From the IMG/VR virus record IMGVR_UViG_3300045988_121485: a stretch of 59,523 nt of DNA; one strand, given 5' to 3'. Both the position numbers and the translations under genes were made by a program. Source of the stretch: a virus. The notes under the pieces are model-generated. The model ran no database searches. It had not been told where the DNA came from and saw nothing but the letters and a program-made list of their open reading frames with translations. This document shows positions 26,042 through 34,700 of the stretch, piece after piece. How positions within the stretch are numbered: position 1 is the first letter of the stretch; each line of letters starts with the position of its first letter.

Positions 26042-26848
26042 TTATTGAAACAGTTTTATTATATTCCCATTATTCTCCTTCCTGCTTCTGAATAGCTGTA
26101 GAAAGAATTTCTGCCCATAAGGGGTAATCACGGTTATTCGATTGAACCCCACCTGTCCATCGGTGATATAAGGCCTCTCCGCGATTCTCATTACTCCTTT
26201 GTCTATAGCCTTCTGTGAAGGAAGATTCCGTCGTATTCCCCTTTGCAACAGATATCCGTTATATCTTAAGTACCCATATAGTGCGTTCTGCCCTTTATGG
26301 AACAGCCCGTTCTGCTTCAGTATATTCGCCATCTCTGCAACGGATATGCAAGTTGAGGCTTGCATGATACAGTCTGCGAATTGTACTTTTGGCCGGTTCC
26401 GTTCGTTCTCGGAGACAAGTTTCTTTTTCTCTAAATTCAACTGTTCAATCTCTCTTGCTTGATTGGCAGCCAAAAGAAGAGCTTCAGAGTACGTCTGTGG
26501 AATGAGATATATCGGTGTATCTGCTACTTTGTGAAATACCTGTCGGTATACTTCGAATACGGGTCGGATTTTGCGTGCGATGAAGTATTCGAGGCATGGG
26601 ACTGTTAAAAGGTAATCAATTGACGTAAATTTACCGCCTTGCGGATTTTGCCGCACGGTAACAAAATCTTCATTTTCGATAAAATCGCGTCTCAAAGCTT
26701 CCGATGCATCTGATTTTCTTCCATATACCAACATCCACACTTCATCCAAATTAACCGGATATTTCTCGCTTGCTTTCGCTAAACCTAAGATAGCCTTAAA
26801 ATACGCTTTAATCTCTTCGTTTGAACTGGACTTTGTTAATGGTTTCAT
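26042..26848 (-). CDS. Antirepressor, KilAC-domain type
   Basis: C-terminal ISVAEMANILKQNGLF...LYGYLRYNGYLL...NLPSQKAIDKGVM...ITVITPYGQKFF fits the KilAC/ANT pattern; start taken at MKPLTK. Confidence 0.65.
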   Translation of the reverse strand: MKPLTKSSSNEEIKAYFKAILGLAKASEKYPVNLDEVWMLVYGRKSDASEALRRDFIENEDFVTVRQNPQGGKFTSIDYLLTVPCLEYFIARKIRPVFEVYRQVFHKVADTPIYLIPQTYSEALLLAANQAREIEQLNLEKKKLVSENERNRPKVQFADCIMQASTCISVAEMANILKQNGLFHKGQNALYGYLRYNGYLLQRGIRRNLPSQKAIDKGVMRIAERPYITDGQVGFNRITVITPYGQKFFLQLFRSRKENNGNIIKLFQ

Positions 26849-26858
26849 AATTGCATAC

Positions 26859-27167
26859 TTAGTTTTTATGATACTCTCCTGTTTTCTTCTTGTTCTCATA
26901 TAATACCTTCAGATCAAATTCAATCTTTTGAGCAGCCATATATGATGCGTTTGAGATTGCATTATCTATGTTGGTCATAAAGTCTTCCGTAACATTTTTA
27001 GAGGCAATGTCTCCTTCAAACTTTATCTGCGTATAAACTTCATTGAACAGGTTTTTAGCATCATATAGACTCTCTAAAATAGTCTGCATTCTTGTATCAA
27101 CAATCATTGATGATGCTTCTCTAGGAGCGGATACCGGCATTCTCGGTGTTACTTGTTCTTTCTTCAT
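26859..27167 (-). CDS. Hypothetical protein (first gene of the antirepressor operon)
   Basis: 102-aa ORF, 10 nt upstream of the antirepressor. Confidence 0.4.
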   Translation of the reverse strand: MKKEQVTPRMPVSAPREASSMIVDTRMQTILESLYDAKNLFNEVYTQIKFEGDIASKNVTEDFMTNIDNAISNASYMAAQKIEFDLKVLYENKKKTGEYHKN

Positions 27168-27217
27168 TTTGATAGTTTTTATAGTTAATAATTAATATAT
27201 GTATTCTTAGTTGTTAT

Positions 27218-27260
27218 TTACTTTATTCCCTTTTTTGATGTCACAAAGATAAAGAGAACT
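27218..27260 (-). promoter_or_regulatory. Diverged third copy of the promoter core (minus-strand -7 box TATCTTTG at 27243..27250)
   Basis: TTACTTTAT..C..TTTGATGTCACAAAGATA aligns with cassette copies 1 and 2. Confidence 0.45.
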
Positions 27261-27280
27261 TTATTAAAAACAATAGTTTT

Positions 27281-27395
27281 GATAAAGTTTAGTTTATTAG
27301 TTAGTATTATTTAACAAAGCAGACTTTATCAACATTAGGTTTTATGATAAAGTTTGCATTACTTTGCAGAGTAATCAAAATAAAGTTTAGTTTAT
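27281..27395. promoter_or_regulatory. Operator-like array of (G/A)ATAAAGT(T/C)T boxes
   Basis: GATAAAGTTT 27281 and 27346, AATAAAGTTT 27379, inverted GATAAAGTCT 27321..27330; 16-mer ATAAAGTTTAGTTTAT at 27282 and 27380. Confidence 0.5.
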
Positions 27396-27648
27396 GGCAT
27401 TAAAAATAAAAGAAATAATGAGCGAGCGGAGCATCACATCTGCGTGTCTCGCTGACAAAGTAGGCATCTCAAAGGTTGCAGTGAGTAATATCGTAACCGG
27501 TAAATCGTCACCATCTCTGGATAACCTTATAAAAATAGCCGGTGCTCTTAATGTATCTATAACTGACCTAATAGGGGAAGAGAAAAAAGAAAATAATACT
27601 ATTATCTGTCCTCATTGCGGTGAAGAAATCCATATAAAAGTAGAATAA
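27394..27648 (+). CDS. XRE-family HTH protein with C-terminal zinc ribbon, paralogue 1
   Basis: SITSACLADKVGISKVAVSNIVTGKSSPSLDNLIKIA... then IICPHCGEEI. Confidence 0.7.
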   Translation: MALKIKEIMSERSITSACLADKVGISKVAVSNIVTGKSSPSLDNLIKIAGALNVSITDLIGEEKKENNTIICPHCGEEIHIKVE

Positions 27649-27692
27649 TCCATTCTTTTATTTAGAGCTACCTCTATATCATATATATGTAT

Positions 27693-27941
27693 ATGCAAGA
27701 ATTACGAATTAAAGAAGTTATGCAAGAGAAAGGTATAACGCAAAAGAGATTAGCGGAGCAAATGGGAGTTGCAGAAATTAGTCTTTCACGCTCCCTTAGA
27801 GGAAATCCAACATTGGAAACGTTATCTAAAATAGCCGAAGCACTTGAGGTTGATATAGTGGATTTATTTGAGTGTAAAAAAGAAGAAGAAAACACTATAA
27901 TCTGTCCAAAATGTGGCTCTAGATTCAAATTATTAGAGTAA
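27693..27941 (+). CDS. XRE-family HTH protein with C-terminal zinc ribbon, paralogue 2
   Basis: GITQKRLAEQMGVAEISLSRSLRGNPTLETLSKIA... then IICPKCGSRF; colinear with 27394..27648. Confidence 0.7.
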   Translation: MQELRIKEVMQEKGITQKRLAEQMGVAEISLSRSLRGNPTLETLSKIAEALEVDIVDLFECKKEEENTIICPKCGSRFKLLE

Positions 27942-27944
27942 GAT

Positions 27945-29291
27945 TTGCATTTTTCTATGTTTATATATTCTTTTGCAAAAAAGAAATTTAATTTAAACAC
28001 TGACATGGGCATCGAGAATAAGAATATGCATATTGAGATTGTGTCTATAGAAGAAAATAAGCAGCTCGAATGCGTTGAAAAATGCGAGAATAGTAATGAC
28101 TGTGGTAAAATAGGATACCTTAATTTGGGTACAAGAAACGCTGCGGGAGTAAGTTTATCTCATGTATATCTTATTGTTCAAAATACATCTGATGAGAATC
28201 TTGATATAGAATACAATAAATTTACTGCTATAGATAACGATGGCTTCTCTTATAAGGGTTGCGATTTTGGTTGTGAGTATTATGCAAAAAGTAAATTTTA
28301 TAACGTTGGGCATTATTCGTTGCCTCCTAAAGTTAAGGTACGTTTTTTGGTGATGTTTCAGTCTAAAAGAATTAGTAGAATAATATATGAAGATTCTTAT
28401 CCCGATTTTTATTTCTCTATTGACGTAGATAATATATCTAATTCGAAGAAGGTCAGTATTGAAAGCTTAAAACAAGAAATTTACAATAAGAATGATTTAA
28501 TAAAAAGATTGAAAAGTGAATTGGAACGGAATAGGGAAGAATTAAAGAACTCGCAAGAAGAACTCAAGGAAGTTTCCGAAGAGCTAAACACCTTCCAACG
28601 GGTGTTGAAGGAGAGAGGGGGATGGAGTGAAACAATAAAGCGTCGTAGAGAGGATTTGCTTATAAAATATGAAATAGTAGAAGATGATGATTATTATAGG
28701 ATGATTTCTCTAGAAAAAGAAGATACGGTATCATTTCATAGGGAATTCGACAAGACTAAAGGAAACTATAATTGGATAAACGAAGGAGATGCTTTGATTA
28801 GCTTAAAGGCCGATAACGCTTTTGGGTACAATATGGATGGGCGCACTATTATTAAAAGCCCAGTATCTGGCATATTTGAGTTTAACAATAATAAGATGAT
28901 TGGATATAAAGAGGAAATATGCCGGATAAAGAAGTATTCAATGGAAATGAAAGACCGAATAATAGAAGATTTAGAGAAGAAAGAGATAAAAGAAAATGTT
29001 TATAAAAAAGAGAGAAAAAAAATTCTTGAACGACAGGTTTTGGATGAACTAATAGAGGAAGGAAAGGTTTTTAATGCTTATACAAAAAAGGATGGGAATA
29101 GAACTACAATTCCTATGGATATAGCTAATGCCGTTTGGAATAGAGATGGTGGAAAGTGTTGTATTTGCGGAAGTCGTGATAATTTGGAGTTCGATCATAT
29201 TATTCCAATATCAAAAGGTGGCGCTACAACATTTAGGAATCTTCAGATATTATGTAAAAATTGTAACATAAGGAAATCGGATAATATATAA
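27945..29291 (+). CDS. Multidomain protein with C-terminal HNH nuclease
   Basis: C-terminal CCICGSRDNLEFDHIIPISKGGATTFRNLQILCKNCNIRKS (HNH); coiled coil about aa 170-225; GDALISLK...IKSPVSGIF barrel-sandwich-like; start uncertain (27957, 28005 or 28026). Confidence 0.7.
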   Translation: MHFSMFIYSFAKKKFNLNTDMGIENKNMHIEIVSIEENKQLECVEKCENSNDCGKIGYLNLGTRNAAGVSLSHVYLIVQNTSDENLDIEYNKFTAIDNDGFSYKGCDFGCEYYAKSKFYNVGHYSLPPKVKVRFLVMFQSKRISRIIYEDSYPDFYFSIDVDNISNSKKVSIESLKQEIYNKNDLIKRLKSELERNREELKNSQEELKEVSEELNTFQRVLKERGGWSETIKRRREDLLIKYEIVEDDDYYRMISLEKEDTVSFHREFDKTKGNYNWINEGDALISLKADNAFGYNMDGRTIIKSPVSGIFEFNNNKMIGYKEEICRIKKYSMEMKDRIIEDLEKKEIKENVYKKERKKILERQVLDELIEEGKVFNAYTKKDGNRTTIPMDIANAVWNRDGGKCCICGSRDNLEFDHIIPISKGGATTFRNLQILCKNCNIRKSDNI

Positions 29292-29304
29292 CAAACACAC
29301 GGAT

Positions 29305-29894
29305 ATGAAAAAAAATACTATTTAGTTTTATATTATTTTTATTTCCTATATTGTCATTTTCTCAAACTGAGAAAAACGGAGATTTCTCTTTTATATATCA
29401 AATTGGATATTCTTGTTCGCAAGGCTCGGCATTCAATATGTCTATGGCTATGAAGAAAACATGGGGAATATTTGTCAACTATGGAGGATTTGGCCCTGAA
29501 CGTAGTTTTGAAACCGGTATTGATTATAATTACAATACAGAAGTTATATCTAACGAAAAAGACAAAAACAATAAATGGAGTATTGTAGTCGGTCCCACAT
29601 TTAGAGTTTTGAAAAAAAATACCCCTGTATATATCGGCGGGAGTTGGATATGGAGCTGATCAAGAAATATGGCAAAGATATGAAAAATATAATTTTGAAT
29701 ATGTATCAGATGAGTATAACCTTGTAAGTTATGAGAAATCAAAAAAAACAGGGATAAATTACCAAATAGGACTGGAATATGATTTTATCATGAAAAGCTG
29801 GATGATAGGAGTAGAATCCTATTATAATAAATATATGGGAGTAGGATTGGGAGTTGTATTTGGTATAAACCTTGGTGAAATGAAAAACTATTAA
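29305..29894 (+). pseudogene. Secreted beta-barrel-like protein gene interrupted at two A8 tracts
   Basis: ATG 29305 then A8 (29308..29315) then a stop. One A fewer gives signal peptide MKKILFSFILFLFPILSFSQ in frame with ORF 29351..29659. One A fewer at the second A8 (29612..29619) joins ...YISAGVGYGA...GVGLGVVFGI, ending at 29894. Confidence 0.6.
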
Positions 29895-29913
29895 TTTTAA
29901 AAAATGCATAATT

Positions 29914-30609
29914 ATGAGAAAGATTTTATCATTCCTTTTTGTATTCTTACTACTGTGTAGCTGTCAGTCCCGTGAAGAAAAAGTCGCAGAACTTATCAAG
30001 CAGGAAATGTTTAAGACTCTTTATGACTTTGAGAGTTATGAGCCGATCGAAACGAAAATAGATAGTGCATTTACATCTATTTACACAGATTCTATTATAA
30101 AATCATATGCTTATATTGCAAGAGCTTTTCTTGATGATGTAGAGGAGAATCTTGATAAAATCAAAGACGATCGAAATACTATGGAAATATGGAGTGATAG
30201 TTATTCGTCCTTAGGTAGGAGTAAGTATAATGAAGCGCTTAAAAATTATGGCGAGCGCCTTGATAAGACAAAACGATATATGGAGGTTGTGAATAATTAT
30301 ATGGACTCTATAAAAATTATATCTTCAAATTTTAAACCAGAATTTTATGGATGGAAGGCATCTCATAAATTCAGATGCAAAAATAAAGGCGGTAATTTTG
30401 ACTTAGGGAATTATATTTATGTGTTTGATAAAAAAATGAATTCAATCATATACAAAGAGGATATTGATGATGATAGTAATAACAAAATAAGAAATATAAT
30501 AGACGAAGCTATAAATTCAAAAGATGAAGGATCAGCGAATGCTAATATAGAAGAAAATCAAAATTCTACTGCAGATAGTTTAGTTTCAGCATTAAAAGGA
30601 AATATTTAA
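29914..30609 (+). CDS. Lipoprotein
   Basis: MRKILSFLFVFLLLCSC lipobox; 231 aa. Confidence 0.6.
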   Translation: MRKILSFLFVFLLLCSCQSREEKVAELIKQEMFKTLYDFESYEPIETKIDSAFTSIYTDSIIKSYAYIARAFLDDVEENLDKIKDDRNTMEIWSDSYSSLGRSKYNEALKNYGERLDKTKRYMEVVNNYMDSIKIISSNFKPEFYGWKASHKFRCKNKGGNFDLGNYIYVFDKKMNSIIYKEDIDDDSNNKIRNIIDEAINSKDEGSANANIEENQNSTADSLVSALKGNI

Positions 30610-30615
30610 TGATTC

Positions 30616-30646
30616 GCCCCGTTCCAATTAAGGTTCGGGGCTTTTT
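30616..30646 (+). terminator. Intrinsic terminator after the lipoprotein gene
   Basis: GCCCCG...CGGGGC followed by TTTTT. Confidence 0.65.
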
Positions 30647-30732
30647 ATTTTCCAAAAGTTAAATTTTCATATTGCATTGAAATATATTTCCCAAAAGTTA
30701 CACTATAATGAAACTTTTGTTATTTTTGTACC

Positions 30733-31074
30733 ATGAAACGTAAGATAATAACATACGGAGGATATTTTGAGAGATTTATTTCCACGCTTTCGGATAAAGA
30801 AATAAAGAAGCTGGATTATATAATCTCTTTATTGGAGTCGGAGGATCGACTACCGGTTAAGTTCATAAAATTTCTGCGTGATGAATTGTATGAATTGCGT
30901 ATGGAATATAATAGTAATATTTACAGGGTGTTTTTTATCTTTGACGAAGGTAAAATAGTTGTTCTTTTTAATGGCTTTCAGAAAAAGACGCAAAAAACGC
31001 CCAATAATGAAATTGAAAAGGCATTAAAAATAAAGGAGGAATATTATGGAGACAAACAATCATCAAATAAATGA
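30733..31074 (+). CDS. RelE/ParE-superfamily toxin, Gp49/HigB-like
   Basis: ...LYELRMEYNSNIYRVFFIFDEGKIVVLFNGFQKKTQKTPNNEIEKA... is the Gp49-like pattern. Confidence 0.8.
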   Translation: MKRKIITYGGYFERFISTLSDKEIKKLDYIISLLESEDRLPVKFIKFLRDELYELRMEYNSNIYRVFFIFDEGKIVVLFNGFQKKTQKTPNNEIEKALKIKEEYYGDKQSSNK

Positions 31075-31351
31075 TTATAGTGCTGTTCTTGAGCGCAAAT
31101 ATGGGAAAGAAGGAACCGCAGAGCGTGCAAAATTTGACGAAGAAGCATATTCTTTCTATACTAGTCAGATATTGCTTGATGCAAGAAAAGAAGCTAAGGT
31201 TACACAATCCGAGCTTGCGGAACGTATCAATGTGACCAAATCCTATATATCACGCATTGAAAAAGGTGTAATGACACCAAGCGTAGCTACCTTTTATAGA
31301 ATAATGAACGCACTTGGCATGAGGGTTGAAGTAGTTAAACCTATACTATGA
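31046..31351 (+). CDS. HTH XRE-family antitoxin (HigA-like)
   Basis: LLDARKEAKVTQSELAERINVTKSYISRIEKGVMTPSVATFYRIMNALG; overlaps the toxin gene end. Confidence 0.8.
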   Translation: METNNHQINDYSAVLERKYGKEGTAERAKFDEEAYSFYTSQILLDARKEAKVTQSELAERINVTKSYISRIEKGVMTPSVATFYRIMNALGMRVEVVKPIL

Positions 31352-31572
31352 CGAGTGAAGGAAATAGGCGAATCGCTATGAATGCAAAGGAAGAACTTAA
31401 AAAGTGGAAAGATGATTTTGCTAAGGCAAAGACCGAACAAGCAAAATTAGAGCACAAGAAGCGCTTTAATACGTATGTGAACTCTTTATCATCTGCCGGG
31501 GAGTCAACAACAAAGAAGATTCTCGACACTATAAAGAATATCGGAGCGGAGTTACAATCTGCTACTTTATAA
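31348..31572 (+). CDS. Small helical protein translationally coupled to the antitoxin
   Basis: ATGA overlap with the antitoxin stop; K/E-rich, 74 aa. Confidence 0.4.
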   Translation: MTSEGNRRIAMNAKEELKKWKDDFAKAKTEQAKLEHKKRFNTYVNSLSSAGESTTKKILDTIKNIGAELQSATL

Positions 31573-31599
31573 ATTCAAAGCTTTTAAATTCAAAAGAGG

Positions 31600-31629
31600 A
31601 GCCGTGAACCAATAAAGGGACGCGGCTTT
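31600..31629 (+). terminator. Weak terminator-like hairpin
   Basis: AGCCG...CGGCT followed by TTT. Confidence 0.3.
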
Positions 31630-31716
31630 CTCGCATTACTTCACCTTTATTTTTACCAACATCTCTCTCTTATTCTTATTCATTCTAAATAGCTTGTAAA
31701 TTTCCTCAAATCTTCC

Positions 31717-31751
31717 TATATTTGTGCGGAAACCGTGTCAAGTGGCCCGGT
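31717..31751 (+). promoter_or_regulatory. -7 box TATATTTG plus leader stem-loop (loop TCAAGTGG) before tape measure
   Basis: ACCGTG-TCAAGTGG-CCCGGT at 31732..31751 (one mismatch). Confidence 0.55.
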
Positions 31752-31767
31752 ACTTAATTCGAACGTT

Positions 31768-34700
31768 ATGGCAAATGAATTAAAAATCACGGATGTAGTC
31801 GATCAAAAAGCTTTTGATCAGTTGCGAAACTTTAAGGCGGAATTAAACGAGAATTATTCAATTTATAAGAAGCTTGCTTTAGAATTAGCCGGTGGAGTTA
31901 AAATCAATCCTAAAACATTCCAAGAATTATCTGACAAATCGATTCTTTATAATAAAACACTAAATGATCTTATTGTTACTCAGAATAGAATGGCTGCTAT
32001 TCAGGAAAAATATAATAAGACTTTGGAGGATTATGGGAATAAGATAAATAAATTACTGACTCTTAATACCCTTCCTAAGCAATTTGACGATTTAGTTAAA
32101 GGGATAAATAAGATATCTAGCTCTCTAGATACGCTTTCTTCTAAATTTCAGAACACTTCTTCTGCCCAAAGTTCGGCATCTCAGGCAAATCAATCGTATA
32201 CCCAATCTACTAATCAATTAAATCAGGCGATAGCGACTACTGAGATTAGGTATGCTGAAATTGTAGATAATATATTAGCTTATGATAATAATGTTACTAA
32301 ATTGACGGCAGATACCATTCAGAACAAGATTAGAATAAAGGAATTAGGAGATGAACTCAAACGATTGGATAAGGAATATAAGAATGGGAATATCGGCTTA
32401 ACTGATTATCTGAATAAATCTGCATTACTAAAGCAGCGTCAAACGGAGCTTTCGGAACAAAACAAGCAGTACTCAAGCTTAATGAGAAATCATGCTGCTG
32501 TTATTATTTCCGCATCTAGCAGCTACAACGAAATGAATGCTGCGGTATTGGCTCTTGAAAAACGGCTGAAATCTATGTCTAAAGATTCATTTTTAGGTTC
32601 TGAAGGACAAAAGACATTACAGCAGATACAGACGCTGAAGAATGAATTAAAAAGCATGGATGCTCAAATGGGAAATTATCAACGCAATGTTGGTAATTAT
32701 GCTTCGCATTGGAATGGTTTAGGTATGTCTGTTCAACAAGTCGCAAGAGAACTTCCATCTCTTGCAGTTGGTTGGAATACGTTTTTCCTTGCAATATCTA
32801 ATAATCTTCCGATTTTAGCAGATGAGATTAAAAAGGCAAATGCTGAATTTAAAGCAATGCGGGAATCTGGAATGAAGGGAATACCTGTTTGGAAACAATT
32901 GACTGGGGCTATCTTTAATTGGCAGACAGCATTAGTGATAGGGATAACTTTGCTTTCTGTATATGGAAAAGATTTGGTAAATTGGATTAGTGGATTAGGT
33001 AGAGCTAAAAAAGCTCTTGATAGTGCGACGATAGCACAATTGGCTCTAAATAATGCTACTAAAGAAGGGATTAAAAACTCTATTAGTGAAACTAATAAGC
33101 TAAATATACTGTATAAAATGGCTAATGATACATCTAGATCAATAATAGAACGCAAACAAGCAGTAGATGAATTACAAGCTATTTATCCGGAATATTTTAA
33201 AAATTTGTCTGATGAGGCTATTATGACTGGGAGAGCTTCTGATGCATATAATATGGCTAAAAACAATATTATAGAGTTGTCTAAAGCAAAAGTAAAATTA
33301 TCAGAAATAGATAAATTGTCAGTAAGGGCACAGGAGTTATCAATGCAAGCAGCTGGCAAATTATTAGAATTGAGAAAAGCAGAAAAAGAACCTGATTATG
33401 TTGACCCTTATTCTGGAGAGATAATTAAAGCTGCGGATCGTGTCGGCAAATTGAGAGAAGAATATAATGGTATTACAGAAGAATTGAGAAATATTTATAA
33501 AGCCCAACAGGCTATTGTATCAACTATAAAAGTTTCAGATATTGCAACTTCAGAAGGTGATTTAGAAAAACAGAGAGAGCTTGAAAGATTAGCAAAAGAA
33601 CAAGCTAAATATCAAGAAGACATCGCTAAACGTCTTTCCGAAACCCGTATTTCTCTTATAGATGATGAGTATGAAAAAGAAAGGCAGACAGCTCAAAAGA
33701 AGTATGAAGAAAATATAGCATCCATCAAAGGTAATTCGGAAGAAGAAAATGAATTGAGAAAGAATTACGAACAGATACTTCAGGATGAATTGCTGGCGAT
33801 AGATAAGAATTACTTAGATAAAAAAGATGAAGAAGAAAGAAAAAGGATTGAAAGCATTATGAAATACGAGATGGATCGTAAAAAGAATGACTATGCCGCT
33901 AAATCCATTGATAATTCAAGAGATATGCAAAGAGATATCCGCGAACAGGCTACATTATATGAACAAGGCATAATCACTAAAAAGGAATACGAAAAGAGAA
34001 AGGCCCAAATAACGCAAGATTATGCGATAATAGAGACTGAGCGTACTATGGCACTTCTGCAAGAATTGATTAATGTACAAGGCATATCAGATGAAGAAAG
34101 ATTAAGATTGAAAGAAGCCCTTGCCGAAGAGGAAATAAAGCTTATAGAAAAGGTTAGAGATGCTCACACTAAAGCAAGGGATGAAGAAAATGAAAGTGAT
34201 AAAAAATATTGGGAAGATATTCAGTCATCAATAGATAAACTGAAGAATGTTAGTGATGACGCAGTTGATGGGCTAGGCACGCTGTTTGGAGGAATAACAG
34301 AGCTAATCCTGAAGATGGTAAAAGATGGTAAATTGGGATTAGAAGATCTTTTGGCTAGTGCAGCTGCTATATCTGAAGGATTATCAACTATGGTTATAGG
34401 CATGTACGATCGGCAAATAGAAAAAATCGAGGAACGACAGAAAAAGAATGAAGAGGCCGCAGAGGAAGAAAAAGAGCGCATCGAGGACTTAGTGAATAGT
34501 GGAGTTATTTCTACGGAAGTAGGTGAGGCTCGGAAACGGGCCGCTGAACAAACGACAGCCGATAAAAATAAAGAACTTGAAAAGCAAAAAGCTGAAATCC
34601 AGCAAAAGCAGGCCAAATGGGATAAAGCTAATTCTATCATACAGGCAACAATTGCAACATCCTTGGCGGTAACTAAAGCGTTGCCGAATTTTGTTATTGC

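Noticed and set aside
31735-31767. GTG start of tape measure at 31735
   Set aside because: These codons coincide with the conserved leader stem-loop. ATG 31768 is the first AUG and matches the leader-to-ATG spacing at the other sites.
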